A DNA stretch of 64,000 bases from Clostridia bacterium (GTDB lineage Bacteria; Bacillota; Clostridia; Christensenellales; Borkfalkiaceae): assembly GCA_017558825.1 (NCBI GenBank), contig JAFYTO010000009.1:5617-69616 (forward strand). The letters are read 5' to 3'. This document shows, piece by piece, positions 7,738 through 17,523 of the stretch. Each line of letters begins with the position of its first letter. The first letter of the stretch is position 1. Made by a program: the position numbers and the translations under genes. The notes under the pieces are model-generated. The model was not told the DNA's origin and did not search any database. It was given only the letters and a program-made list of their open reading frames with translations.

Positions 7738-9969
7738 TTATTTACTACTGTTTTCGTTTACAGCTTTAGCATTTGCATAGTTTGAGAATTTTAAATATAA
7801 TTCTTCTACTGAAAGGTTTTTGTTTTTAATATTTTCAACCGTATCGGTAAGGCAAAGTTCGCCTGCGCAAATTATGGCTACGCGGTCACACATTTTTTCA
7901 ACCACTTCTATAACGTGAGAAGAGAAGAATACAATGTTGCCTTTTTTAGCGTGTTCACGCATACATTCTTTAATTTGGTATGTGCTTGTAGGGTCAAGAC
8001 CAGTAAACGGCTCGTCAAGCACCCAAACTTTAGGGTTGTGAATAAGAGAACTTATAACGCTAATTTTTTGCTTCATACCGTGTGAGTAAGATTTAATTTC
8101 ACAGTCTAAGAAGTTTGTTAAACCAAACATATCTGAATAATATAATAAGGTTTTTTCTTTATCTTCTTTTTTAACTTTATAAAGGTCGGCAATATATTCA
8201 ACGTATTCACGGCCTGTAAGTTGTTCGTAAACTGCGTGGTTATCTGAAACGAAGCCGATATTTAACTTAGCCTCTAATGGTTGGCGAGAAATATCGTAAC
8301 CTTCAATTTCAATAGAGCCTTCCGTTATGGTTTGAACGCCAACAAGGCTTTTTATTGTAGTAGATTTGCCGGCACCGTTATGACCTATAAAGCCAAAAAC
8401 TTCGCCTCCGTGAATTTCAAGGTTTAAATTTTTAACGGCGTATCTATCAGAGCCATCGTATCTTTTTGAAAAGTTCTTAATTTTAATCATATCTACTCCT
8501 TCAGGATGTAATGGCTCGCTAAGAGGTCTGCCATTAAGTTCAACAATAAGTTTGTGCATTTCATCGTTTACAATCGTTTTCTTTTTAAACAACGCTTTGT
8601 GTCCGTCTGCTAAATTAAAGAATATTTGGTATATGCCCCAAGTTATAAACATAAAGCCTATAAACACTATAAATACTAGAAGAACGTATAGCCAGAAAAT
8701 CTTGACGGTTACTTCGCCTAGAGGGAAACTTAAAATGAAATCTCTTTTAAGTGGATATGCCCAAGGCAACATGTTAATTAAGAAGTTGTCATATAAGAAG
8801 AAATAGTCAACTGCCGGGTCTTTACTATTAACGTATTGAGGCAAGTTGTTTATGTAACCGTTTAAAAGCGCCGCTAATATAACGTATACGCCAAAGGCAG
8901 GTATAGCCTTTTTAATCATATTAAACGAAGGTCTTTTAAAGAGTTTGAGTGCTACACCGAGTAACGGCAAGAAGAACGCGTACCAGTGGTTGTACCAATA
9001 AAGTAAACTGTTAAAGGTTGTAAACGGTGCATCGCCGTTAGGCATTATAATAGCAAAGAATGCGCCGGGCACGTTTACAAAGTAGGTAAAGTAGAATGCA
9101 CTTTCCGCCTTAAACACGTAAACGAAAAACATAATAATAATGGCCGTGTTACAAAGGTGGAGTGGCATAGACGTTATTGTTGGCGTGCGGTTAAAGAAGA
9201 ATTGCATAAAACCGCTTAATGAAAGCATTATTAGTAAATGGCGCCTATCACTCATCGATTTATTCCTAAACAAAAAGTATAGGATAAATGGAATTATAAA
9301 TGAAAGGTAAATATATATACGGTGAATTACGGTAAAGTTTTTAGCCCCTTGACCGTAAGAGCCAAACAATATTTGTAAACTGTTAATTGGCATAAACGCC
9401 ATTAAATAAAATAGCCCGTACGCTAAGCCGTGAAGCACTTTTTTATGTATTTTGCTATAGTCTTTTTCAAATATAAAGTCAAATACTTTATTAAACACTA
9501 TTACGCTGTTAATTACCATAACTATAGCGTAAATAATAATTTGTTTAGAAAGTTCAGTTGAGCCTGTAATAGTAAGGCTAAGTTTGTCAAAGAAAATCCA
9601 ATTTAAAACTATAAAGATAGGTGCAAAAAATACACTGTAATAAACAGGGCCTTTTTTATTAAAGAACGGCATAACGATAAGTATTGCGTTAGTTAAGTAT
9701 AAAAGCCATCTTAATACTACTAAGAATATCGTGGTATTTTTGTCAAACATTCCAACTTCTAAGCCAAGTTGATTTGTTATAACTTCGTAGTTAAAAAGAT
9801 GCGGTATATATATAAAGAATAATGCTACCGAAATAATTTGAAGTATTGAATTTTTTACGTTAAAAGTTTTGTTTTTTATTGTTAACGACTTTTCTTTTAC
9901 TGCATTGAGCGCAAAAGTCAAAATTAAAGCTAAAATTATAGACGAAAACAGCATTATATATTGAAACAT
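7738..9969 (-). CDS. Fusion protein: ~480-aa YwaF/TMEM164-like multi-pass membrane domain plus a C-terminal ABC-2-type ATPase domain
   Basis: 743-aa ORF with SD AGGTGG. The N-terminal part is hydrophobic and carries the MPLHLCNTAIII motif. The C-terminal part has Walker A GHNGAGKST, signature YSHGMKQKISV, Walker B VWVLDEPFTGLD and the H-loop region FFSSHVIE. Confidence 0.85.
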   Translation of the reverse strand: MFQYIMLFSSIILALILTFALNAVKEKSLTIKNKTFNVKNSILQIISVALFFIYIPHLFNYEVITNQLGLEVGMFDKNTTIFLVVLRWLLYLTNAILIVMPFFNKKGPVYYSVFFAPIFIVLNWIFFDKLSLTITGSTELSKQIIIYAIVMVINSVIVFNKVFDFIFEKDYSKIHKKVLHGLAYGLFYLMAFMPINSLQILFGSYGQGAKNFTVIHRIYIYLSFIIPFILYFLFRNKSMSDRRHLLIMLSLSGFMQFFFNRTPTITSMPLHLCNTAIIIMFFVYVFKAESAFYFTYFVNVPGAFFAIIMPNGDAPFTTFNSLLYWYNHWYAFFLPLLGVALKLFKRPSFNMIKKAIPAFGVYVILAALLNGYINNLPQYVNSKDPAVDYFFLYDNFLINMLPWAYPLKRDFILSFPLGEVTVKIFWLYVLLVFIVFIGFMFITWGIYQIFFNLADGHKALFKKKTIVNDEMHKLIVELNGRPLSEPLHPEGVDMIKIKNFSKRYDGSDRYAVKNLNLEIHGGEVFGFIGHNGAGKSTTIKSLVGVQTITEGSIEIEGYDISRQPLEAKLNIGFVSDNHAVYEQLTGREYVEYIADLYKVKKEDKEKTLLYYSDMFGLTNFLDCEIKSYSHGMKQKISVISSLIHNPKVWVLDEPFTGLDPTSTYQIKECMREHAKKGNIVFFSSHVIEVVEKMCDRVAIICAGELCLTDTVENIKNKNLSVEELYLKFSNYANAKAVNENSSK

Positions 9970-10133
9970 TTAAACCACCTAAATATGTATTTTTTTGCAA
10001 ATAAAAAAGTTGATACTATACGCGTAATAACACGTCAAAATATCAACGTATAAAAAACCCCTATAAAAGCACGCAAAAGTCATAAGCAAAAAAGCCTATA
10101 AACTAAAAAGGTTTTATAGGGTGAGTATTAAAT

Positions 10134-10592
10134 TTAATTTAAAAATTGAACTTTGTGAGTGTAAAAAGAAATTGCAGACACGTTAGAAATAGTAACGGGG
10201 TTACTTTGAGTAGCAAATTCTTTTTTGTTAAGATAAAAACAAACGCTAAATATTGCAAGCGCAACTACCATAACGGCAGTTAAAAATAAAACGCTAATTT
10301 CAATAGTAAATTTTACCATGAATTGTGAAATCATAATAAATAATAGCGTTTCTTGTTGAAGTGAAGTTAAAGATAACGTTTCGCCAAGCAATACGTTATC
10401 AAAAGTAGGCAAGCAAAGGTATTTAGGTAAAACTAATTTTGGCAAAACAAATTTAATAATGAAAAAGAGCACTAAAAAAATAGCATTAAGGTGTTTTAAA
10501 ACGTTCCTTAATAAGATTTTAGTGCCGTTTATGAAATTGTTTACAATTTTGCTATTTTTTAAATTGGCAAAAAACATTTCAAAATTTTTCAT
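10134..10592 (-). CDS. Hypothetical small membrane protein
   Basis: 152-aa ORF with 2-3 hydrophobic segments and a weak SD (AGGT). A hairpin terminator follows at about 10092..10120. No recognisable family. Confidence 0.4.
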   Translation of the reverse strand: MKNFEMFFANLKNSKIVNNFINGTKILLRNVLKHLNAIFLVLFFIIKFVLPKLVLPKYLCLPTFDNVLLGETLSLTSLQQETLLFIMISQFMVKFTIEISVLFLTAVMVVALAIFSVCFYLNKKEFATQSNPVTISNVSAISFYTHKVQFLN

Positions 10593-10651
10593 AAGTGTAC
10601 CTAATAATTATTTATATTTTAATACTATAAGTATTATAAGTCAAGTTTTTT

Positions 10652-10696
10652 TCACAAAAAAAACACTTTTGATTTAATTTTTAACCAAAAGTGTTT
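10652..10696 (-). terminator. Rho-independent terminator of the citrate synthase-aconitase-icd operon
   Basis: Arms AAACACTTTTG (10661-10671) and CAAAAGTGTTT (10686-10696). The minus strand has a T-run after the stem (plus-strand A-run 10656-10663). Confidence 0.75.
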
Positions 10697-10712
10697 GTAT
10701 TTTTTATGTTTA

Positions 10713-11930
10713 TTAAGCGTAAAGGGCTTCTAAACGCTTTCTAATTTCCTTAAGGAAAGTTATGCTGTTAACTTGAGTAACATTAAATCCTTCTTCTACT
10801 AAGCCAGACAAGTCCTTTGTCATAACCCCATCGTTAAGCGTTTGAATTGACGCTTTTTCAAGATTATTTGCAAAGGCAACTAAAAGAGGAAGGTTGTCAA
10901 GCTCGCCACGTTTTTTAAGTGCGCCGCTCCATGCAAAGATTGTTGCCATAGGGTTTGTTGAGGTGTCTTCGCCCTTAAGATAGCGGTAGTAGTGGCGTGT
11001 AACCGTGCCGTGTGCCGCTTCGTATTCGTAAATTCCTTTAGGAGAAACTAAAACTGAAGTCATCATGGCAAGGCTACCAAAAGCAGTGGAAACCATATCA
11101 CTCATAACGTCACCATCGTAGTTTTTAAGCGCCCAAATAAAACCGCCCTCGCTACGAATAACCCTTGCAACCGCATCGTCAATTAAAGTGTAAAAATATT
11201 CAATGCCAAGTTTTTCAAATTCTTCTTTATACTCGTTTTCATAAAGTTCTTCAAAAATAAGTTTGAACGTTTGGTCGTATTGCTTAGAAATCGTATCTTT
11301 TGTAGAAAACCACAAATCTTGTTTTGTGGAAATTGCGTATTTAAAGCAAGAGTGTGCAAATGAACGGATAGAACTATCTTTATTATATTGGCTTTGAAGT
11401 ACGCCTGCGCACTCAAAGTCGTAAACCGTTTCTTTAAAAAGTTCTTTACCGTCAGCACTTGTAAAAACAAGTTCTGCCTTGCCGCTTTCAGGAACTCTAA
11501 ATTCAGTAGCCTTGTAAACGTCACCGTAAGCGTGCCTTGCAATAGTTATAGGTTTTTTCCATTTTTTAACGGCAGGCTTAATAGCGTCAATTGTTATAGG
11601 CGCTCTAAAAACAGTTCCGTCAAGCATGGCGCGTATAGTTCCGTTAGGGCTTTTCCACATAGTGGAAAGGTTGTATTCTTCAACCCTTTGCTTGTTAGGA
11701 GTAATGGTAGCGCATTTAACAGCAACGCCGTATTTTAAAGTAGCGTTTGCGCTGTCCACGGTAACTTTATCCTTTGTTTTTTCTCTATATTCTAAGCCTA
11801 AATCGTAATACTCGCTTTTAAGGTCAACGAAAGGGTAAATGAGTTCGTCCTTTATCATTTTCCATAAAATTCTTGTCATTTCATCGCCGTCCATTTCAAC
11901 GAGCGGTGTAAGCATTTTAATTTTGTCCAT
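10713..11930 (-). CDS. icd: NADP-dependent isocitrate dehydrogenase (eukaryotic-like homodimeric type)
   Basis: [29 protein letters not shown] and [12 protein letters not shown] match IDH1-type enzymes. The likely start is MDKIKM at 11930, with SD AAAGGAG. Confidence 0.92.
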   Translation of the reverse strand: MDKIKMLTPLVEMDGDEMTRILWKMIKDELIYPFVDLKSEYYDLGLEYREKTKDKVTVDSANATLKYGVAVKCATITPNKQRVEEYNLSTMWKSPNGTIRAMLDGTVFRAPITIDAIKPAVKKWKKPITIARHAYGDVYKATEFRVPESGKAELVFTSADGKELFKETVYDFECAGVLQSQYNKDSSIRSFAHSCFKYAISTKQDLWFSTKDTISKQYDQTFKLIFEELYENEYKEEFEKLGIEYFYTLIDDAVARVIRSEGGFIWALKNYDGDVMSDMVSTAFGSLAMMTSVLVSPKGIYEYEAAHGTVTRHYYRYLKGEDTSTNPMATIFAWSGALKKRGELDNLPLLVAFANNLEKASIQTLNDGVMTKDLSGLVEEGFNVTQVNSITFLKEIRKRLEALYA

Positions 11931-11931
11931 A

Positions 11932-13857
11932 TTATTCTCCTTTAGTATATGCAAGTAAACCACCTGCTTTTAAAATGTCAATTTGTCTTGATGAGAATTT
12001 GTAAACAACCTCAAAAGTTTTATTTGTAGTTGCGTTAGTAATCGTTGCAATGCCGTTTTCAAGTGCTTTAAAAATATTGCTTATAACGAGTTCATCGCCT
12101 TGGCTAACTAATTCATAATCGTTTTCATTTTTAAATTCAAAAGGAATAATGCCAGCGTTAATAAGGTTTGCGGAGTGTATGCGCGCAAAGCTTTTTGCAA
12201 TAACCACTTTTACGCCAAGGTAAAGTGGAACGAGTGCCGCGTGCTCTCTTGAAGAGCCTTGACCGTAGTTAGTTCCGCCAACAATAATAGATTGTTTAAG
12301 TTCTTTTGCTCTTTCGCTAAAACCTTCGTCACAAACGGCAAAACAGAATTTTGAAAGGTATGGAATATTACTTCTATACGGTAAAATTTTTGCGCCTGCA
12401 GGCATAATGTGGTCGGTTGTAATATTGTCGCCAACTTTTAAGCCGATTTTAGCAGAAATGCTATTTTCAAGCGGTTTTGTTGTTGGGAAAGGTTTAATGT
12501 TAGGTCCGCGTACAATTTCAACGTTTTTAGCATCTTCTTCACTTGCGGGAAGTATTATGCCGTTATCATTGATTAAAAATTCTTTTGGCATTTCAATTTC
12601 TTCATAGTTTCCAACAGTGCGTGGGTCAGTTATAACGCCGGTTAACGCTGAAGCCGCTGCAAGTTCAGGAGAAACAAGGTAAACTTGACCGTTTTTAGTT
12701 CCGCTTCTGCCTTCAAAGTTACGGTTGAACGTTCTTAACGAAACGCCTTCGCTATTAGGCGAAAAGCCCATGCCGATACAAGGTCCGCAAGCACACTCTA
12801 AAACTCTTGCGCCAGCCGCAATAATATCGGTTAACGCGCCACAGTTTGCAAGCATAGAAAGAACTTGCTTTGAGCCTGGAGAAACGGAAAGAGAAACGCC
12901 TTCCGCAATAGTTTTGCCTTTTAAAATAGATGCAACGCGGAGCATATCTGCAAGTGATGAGTTCGTGCAAGAGCCGATGCAAACTTGGTTAACTTTTTTA
13001 CCCGCAATTTGTGAAACCTCAACTATATTGTCAGGTGAGTGAGGGCAGGCAAGCATAGGTTCTAATTCGCTTAAGTTTATGTCTATAATTTTATCGTAAA
13101 CGGCGTCAGGGTCGCTTGAAAGCGGAATATAATCTTCGCCTCTACCTTGTGCTTTTAAAAATTCGTAAGTAATTTCGTCTGATGGGAAAATAGATGTTGT
13201 TGCGCCAAGTTCAGTGCCCATATTTGTAATTGTAGCCCTTTGTGGAACGGTTAAAGTTTTTACGCCTTCGCCACCCCAGTCAATGATTGCACCAACACCG
13301 CCTTTAACCGTTAAAATTTGTAAAATTTTAAGGCTAACGTCTTTAGCTGTAACGTAAGGTTTAAGCTTACCGGTAAGGTTAACTTTATACATTTTTGGCA
13401 TTGTTATATAGTAGGCACCGCCACCCATTGCAACTGCAACGTCAAGCCCGCCCGCACCCATAGCAAGCATACCGATACCGCCACCTGTTGGAGTGTGGCT
13501 ATCTGAACCTATTAAAGTTTTGCCAGGCTTACCAAATCTTTCAAGATGTACTTGGTGGCAAATGCCGTTACCAGGCCTAGAAAATTTTAAGCCGTACTTT
13601 TTAGCAACGCTTTGAATGTATAAATGGTCGTCAGCATTTTCAAAGCCCGATTGAAGCGTGTTATGGTCAATATACGCAACGGAAAGTTCCGTTTTAACGC
13701 GTGGAATACCCATAGTTTCAAATTCTAAATATGCCATAGTGCCGGTAGCGTCTTGCGTTAAAGTTTGGTCAATTTTAAGCGCAATTTCACTTCCAACTTT
13801 CATTTCGCCTTCAACAAGGTGCGCTTTAATAATCTTTTGAGCAATAGTTAATCCCAT
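11932..13857 (-). CDS. Aconitate hydratase (about 640-aa type)
   Basis: 641-aa ORF. It carries the aconitase family Fe-S cluster region ([16 protein letters not shown]) and the swivel-domain motif [14 protein letters not shown]. Confidence 0.92.
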   Translation of the reverse strand: MGLTIAQKIIKAHLVEGEMKVGSEIALKIDQTLTQDATGTMAYLEFETMGIPRVKTELSVAYIDHNTLQSGFENADDHLYIQSVAKKYGLKFSRPGNGICHQVHLERFGKPGKTLIGSDSHTPTGGGIGMLAMGAGGLDVAVAMGGGAYYITMPKMYKVNLTGKLKPYVTAKDVSLKILQILTVKGGVGAIIDWGGEGVKTLTVPQRATITNMGTELGATTSIFPSDEITYEFLKAQGRGEDYIPLSSDPDAVYDKIIDINLSELEPMLACPHSPDNIVEVSQIAGKKVNQVCIGSCTNSSLADMLRVASILKGKTIAEGVSLSVSPGSKQVLSMLANCGALTDIIAAGARVLECACGPCIGMGFSPNSEGVSLRTFNRNFEGRSGTKNGQVYLVSPELAAASALTGVITDPRTVGNYEEIEMPKEFLINDNGIILPASEEDAKNVEIVRGPNIKPFPTTKPLENSISAKIGLKVGDNITTDHIMPAGAKILPYRSNIPYLSKFCFAVCDEGFSERAKELKQSIIVGGTNYGQGSSREHAALVPLYLGVKVVIAKSFARIHSANLINAGIIPFEFKNENDYELVSQGDELVISNIFKALENGIATITNATTNKTFEVVYKFSSRQIDILKAGGLLAYTKGE

Positions 13858-13858
13858 T

Positions 13859-15244
13859 TTAGTTAAGCCCCTTTACTTTGTTAGTTTTTAAATAATCTTC
13901 CACCGCACTTTCAAGTTCTTTAGTGCTCATAACAGTTTGTCTACCATCAACGTATTGCTTATCAACGAAAGCTTTTAAGTGTAAAACTATATCGTCTTGT
14001 TTTTTAATTTTATTTTCGCTATCTAAAAGGTTGTAATTTATGTTTAACCAATAAGCAATTCCAGCCAAGCCCGAAGTGTTGTTTATTGCAACTGAAGCAG
14101 GGCGGTTAAGAAGTTTTGCCGTATCAAATATATTATAAATTTCAGGGTCTTTCATCATACCGTCTGCGTGTATTCCGGCTCTAGTTGAATTAAAGCTTTC
14201 TCCAATAAACGGCGTCATAGGTGGAATTGTGTATCCAATCTCTTTTTCAAAGAACTCGGCAATTTCCGTAATAACGGTTGTGTCCATACCGTTTAAAGAG
14301 CCTTTAAGCGAAGCATATTCCATAACCATTGCTTCAAGTGGAACGTTTCCAGTTCTTTCGCCGATGCCAAGAAGTGAGCAGTTAACTGCGCCAGCGCCGT
14401 AAATCCACGCACAAGATGCGTTTGCTACGGCTTTGTAGAAGTCGTTATGACCGTGCCACTCTAACATTTCGCTAGGGATATCTGCATAGTGGTGTAAACC
14501 GTAAATAATACCAGGAACGCTACGAGGAAGGGCAGTTTCACTATATGGAACGCCGTAACCCATAGTATCGCACGCTCTAAATTTGATAGGTGTATTTGCT
14601 TCTTCGCTAAGTTCTTGAAGTTCAGTAACGAACGGAAGAACAAATCCGTAAAAGTCCGCTCTTGTAATATCTTCAAGGTGGCATCTTGGTCTAATACCCA
14701 TTTCAAGAGCGGCAATAACCGTTTGTTTATAGTAGTCAAGCGCTTGGCGCCTGCTCATACCCATTTTTTTAAAGATATGATAGTCAGAGCAACTTACCAA
14801 AATACCCGTTTCTTTAATGCCTAAATCTTTAACGAGTTTAAAGTCGTTCAAAGTTGCGCGAATCCAAGTTGTAATTTCAGGGAATTTTAAGCCAGCATCT
14901 TGGCACGCTTTAAGTGCCTTTCTATCATTTTCACTATAAACAAAGAACTCGCTTTGCCTAATTATACCATTAGGTCCGCCAAGCTTAGAAAGTAATTTAT
15001 ATAAGTGAACAATTTGCTCTACGCTGTATGGAGATTGAGATTGCATACCGTCTCTAAACGAGGTGTCCGTAATAAAAATTTCCTTAGGCATATTTATAGG
15101 AACGCGCCTGTGGTTAAAAGCAACTTTTGGAACTTCATCATAGGAATAAATTTCCCTATATAAACTTGGTTCTTTAACGTCTTGCAACTCGTATTTATAT
15201 GAGCGATGTTCAAGTAAATTTGTTTTGTCAGATAAATGTAGCAT
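13859..15244 (-). CDS. Re-face citrate synthase (HMGL-like, homocitrate/isopropylmalate synthase family)
   Basis: 461-aa ORF with the HMGL-type N-terminus FITDTSFRDGMQS and an HGHND-like motif (EWHGHNDFY). It lies immediately upstream of aconitase and icd. This is the arrangement known for Clostridium kluyveri-type Re-citrate synthases. Confidence 0.75.
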   Translation of the reverse strand: MLHLSDKTNLLEHRSYKYELQDVKEPSLYREIYSYDEVPKVAFNHRRVPINMPKEIFITDTSFRDGMQSQSPYSVEQIVHLYKLLSKLGGPNGIIRQSEFFVYSENDRKALKACQDAGLKFPEITTWIRATLNDFKLVKDLGIKETGILVSCSDYHIFKKMGMSRRQALDYYKQTVIAALEMGIRPRCHLEDITRADFYGFVLPFVTELQELSEEANTPIKFRACDTMGYGVPYSETALPRSVPGIIYGLHHYADIPSEMLEWHGHNDFYKAVANASCAWIYGAGAVNCSLLGIGERTGNVPLEAMVMEYASLKGSLNGMDTTVITEIAEFFEKEIGYTIPPMTPFIGESFNSTRAGIHADGMMKDPEIYNIFDTAKLLNRPASVAINNTSGLAGIAYWLNINYNLLDSENKIKKQDDIVLHLKAFVDKQYVDGRQTVMSTKELESAVEDYLKTNKVKGLN

Positions 15245-15297
15245 AATTTTTACCCTTTTTTGTTGAGATTTTTGTAAATATTTTTAATATTTACTTG

Positions 15298-15326
15298 ATT
15301 ATAGCACAATTTAATGATATAATCAA
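15298..15326 (-). promoter_or_regulatory. Predicted sigma-A promoter of the citrate synthase operon
   Basis: On the minus strand: -35 TTGATT (15326..15321), a 17-nt spacer, then an extended -10 TGcTATAAT (hexamer 15303..15298). Confidence 0.5.
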
Positions 15327-15346
15327 CAATAAATAATTATATAATT

Positions 15347-15367
15347 GTTATAAAAAAAATTTATAAC
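15347..15367. promoter_or_regulatory. CcpC-type dyad (ATAA-N7-TTAT inside GTTATAA-N7-TTATAAC)
   Basis: Perfect 7-bp inverted arms with a 7-nt spacer. The centre (15357) is about 66 nt upstream of the predicted operon TSS and 25 nt upstream of the LysR gene ATG. Confidence 0.5.
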
Positions 15368-15381
15368 GTTAAGGTGTTTTT

Positions 15382-16326
15382 ATGAACGAAAAAGACTATA
15401 TTTACGAAGTGTATAAAGAGCGTAGTTTTTCGCTTGCTGCAAAGAATTTATATATATCGCAACCGGCGCTTTCCGCATCGGTAAAAAAGGTTGAAAAGGA
15501 GCTTGGAATAACGCTTTTTGACCGTTCCACTTCGCCAATAGTTTTAACGGAAGAAGGCAAAGTTTACATTGAATATTTAGAAAAACTTAGAGCTATTGAA
15601 AGTGAAACTAAAAACAAGTTAATGGATATGTCAAAATTAAAAACGGGCAAAATTGTAGTTAGTGGCGAAAACTTTGTTTCTTCTTTTATTATGCCAAAAA
15701 TTATAATGGAATTTACCAAAAAATACCCCGGCATCCACGTAGAATTAGTAGAGTCCAACTCGCCAGATTTACGCCAGCTTTTAATAACTGAAGCAATTGA
15801 CCTTTTAATTGCGCACGACTTTGATAAAAAGCTGTATTCAAGCACGCCACTTTTTGAAGAAACGTTGCTTTTAGCCGTGCCAAAAGATTATAAAATAAAT
15901 CAAGAATTATCTAACTTTACTTTAACAAGAGAAGATATTTTAGAGGGCAAGCACTTACAAGACAATTGCCCTAAAGTAAGAATAAAAAAATTTGAAAATT
16001 GTCCTTTCATATTGCTTAAAAAAGGAAATGACACGCGTAGGCGCGCGAGCGAAATATTTTTGGAAGAGAATTTTGAGCCTAAAACGGTCAAAATTTACCT
16101 TGACCAACTAATAACTTCTTATAATATGGTATGCTTTGGTTTGGGCGTTGCATTCGTAAACGACATTCTTGTAAAAAGTTCAAATCAAAGCGGTTGCGTT
16201 TACTACAAACTTTATGGTAGAGCAACTCATAGAAGTATGGCAATAGGCTATAAAAAGAACAAGTATTTATCAAACGCTATAACTGCTTTTATTGACACTG
16301 CCAAACAGATATATTCATCTAAATAA
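15382..16326 (+). CDS. LysR-family transcriptional regulator (CcpC-like by context)
   Basis: 314-aa ORF with an N-terminal LysR HTH (FSLAAKNLYISQPALSASVKKVEKELGITLFDR). It is divergent from the citrate synthase operon. Confidence 0.85.
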   Translation: MNEKDYIYEVYKERSFSLAAKNLYISQPALSASVKKVEKELGITLFDRSTSPIVLTEEGKVYIEYLEKLRAIESETKNKLMDMSKLKTGKIVVSGENFVSSFIMPKIIMEFTKKYPGIHVELVESNSPDLRQLLITEAIDLLIAHDFDKKLYSSTPLFEETLLLAVPKDYKINQELSNFTLTREDILEGKHLQDNCPKVRIKKFENCPFILLKKGNDTRRRASEIFLEENFEPKTVKIYLDQLITSYNMVCFGLGVAFVNDILVKSSNQSGCVYYKLYGRATHRSMAIGYKKNKYLSNAITAFIDTAKQIYSSK

Positions 16327-16331
16327 TAAAC

Positions 16332-16358
16332 AAGGCTTTTGCAAGTTGCAAAAGCCTT
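16332..16358. terminator. Bidirectional terminator hairpin between the LysR gene and serA
   Basis: Perfect 13-bp arms AAGGCTTTTGCAA / TTGCAAAAGCCTT, flanked by A and T runs. Confidence 0.75.
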
Positions 16359-16364
16359 TAATTT

Positions 16365-17519
16365 TTATATTTTTCTAATTCTAATAACGCCGTTTACTTT
16401 GCCAAGTTTTTCTAGAGAAGCTTCATCAATTTCAGGTATGTCTATAATAGAATAAGCAAAATTGCCTTTACTTGAGTTTACAAAGTTATCAATGTTAATA
16501 TTCTTTTCGGCCAAAACAGAAGTAAACTGAGCAATCATACTTTGTTGATTTAAGTGGAGTATGCAAATTCTATTTTTAGAAGTTTTTGGAGCACTACAGT
16601 TTGGATAGTTTACACTGTTTTTAATGTTGCCGTTTTCAATATAGTCTTTAAGTTCGTTAGCCGCCATAACAGCACAGTTATCTTCTGCTTCTAAAGTAGA
16701 TGCACCAAGGTGAGGTATGCAAATTGCGTTTTCTACGCCAATAAGTTCACTGCTAGGGAAGTCCGTAATATATCTACTTAACTTGCCGCTGTTAAGGGCT
16801 TCAACAACCGCACTATTATCAACAAGTTCGCCACGGGCAAGGTTAACTAAAACCGCTCCGTTCTTCATCTTTTTAATTTTGCTTGCGTTTACCATATTCG
16901 CATTATCTTTAGTAAATGGAACGTGAATAGTAACGTAGTCACATTCTTTAAAAATATCGTTTAAGTCGCTAGTAACTTCAACGTGCCTTGAAAGGTGGAG
17001 CGCGTTAATAACTGATAAATAAGGGTCGTAACCTAAAACTTCCATACCTAAGCTAATTGCAGTGTTAGCAACTCTTGCGCCAATTGCGCCAAGACCTATA
17101 ACGCCAAGTTTTTTGCCGTATAATTCTGCACCGGCAAAGTCCTTTTTGCCTTTTTCAACGGTTTTAGAAAGGCTAGTATCGTCTTTTAACGTAGAAACCC
17201 AATTTATTGCAGGTACAATTTTGCGTGAGCCAAGTAAAAGTGCGGTTACTACAAGTTCGCTAACTGCGTTAGCGTTTGCGCCCGGAGTGTTAAAAACAAC
17301 AACGCCGTTTTCCGCATATTTATCGCACGGAATATTGTTTACGCCCGCGCCCGCTCTTGCAACTGCAAGAACGCTGCTTGGCAAGTCGTAGTCGTGCATG
17401 TCAAAACTTCTAACTAAAACGCCAATAGGGTTTTTTGCACTTTCTACAACTGTGTAATTTTTTGCTAAAATATCGTCAACTTTTTTACTGATAGAGTTAA
17501 GTTTAATAATTTCGTTCAT
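16365..17519 (-). CDS. serA: D-3-phosphoglycerate dehydrogenase with C-terminal ACT domain
   Basis: Has the 2-hydroxyacid dehydrogenase NAD motif GVIGLGAIGARVA and a catalytic HLGAST region. The likely start is ATG 17519 (MNEIIK); the ORF-track start at 17543 is TTG. Confidence 0.88.
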   Translation of the reverse strand: MNEIIKLNSISKKVDDILAKNYTVVESAKNPIGVLVRSFDMHDYDLPSSVLAVARAGAGVNNIPCDKYAENGVVVFNTPGANANAVSELVVTALLLGSRKIVPAINWVSTLKDDTSLSKTVEKGKKDFAGAELYGKKLGVIGLGAIGARVANTAISLGMEVLGYDPYLSVINALHLSRHVEVTSDLNDIFKECDYVTIHVPFTKDNANMVNASKIKKMKNGAVLVNLARGELVDNSAVVEALNSGKLSRYITDFPSSELIGVENAICIPHLGASTLEAEDNCAVMAANELKDYIENGNIKNSVNYPNCSAPKTSKNRICILHLNQQSMIAQFTSVLAEKNINIDNFVNSSKGNFAYSIIDIPEIDEASLEKLGKVNGVIRIRKI

Positions 17520-17523
17520 AATC

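Noticed and set aside
10009-10047. An inverted repeat GTTGATA-N25-TATCAAC, with a central TACGCGTA, around the putative promoter of the ABC cluster.
   Set aside because: The arms are short in AT-rich DNA, and the -10 it overlaps (TATCAA) is itself a weak prediction. This is not enough to call an operator.
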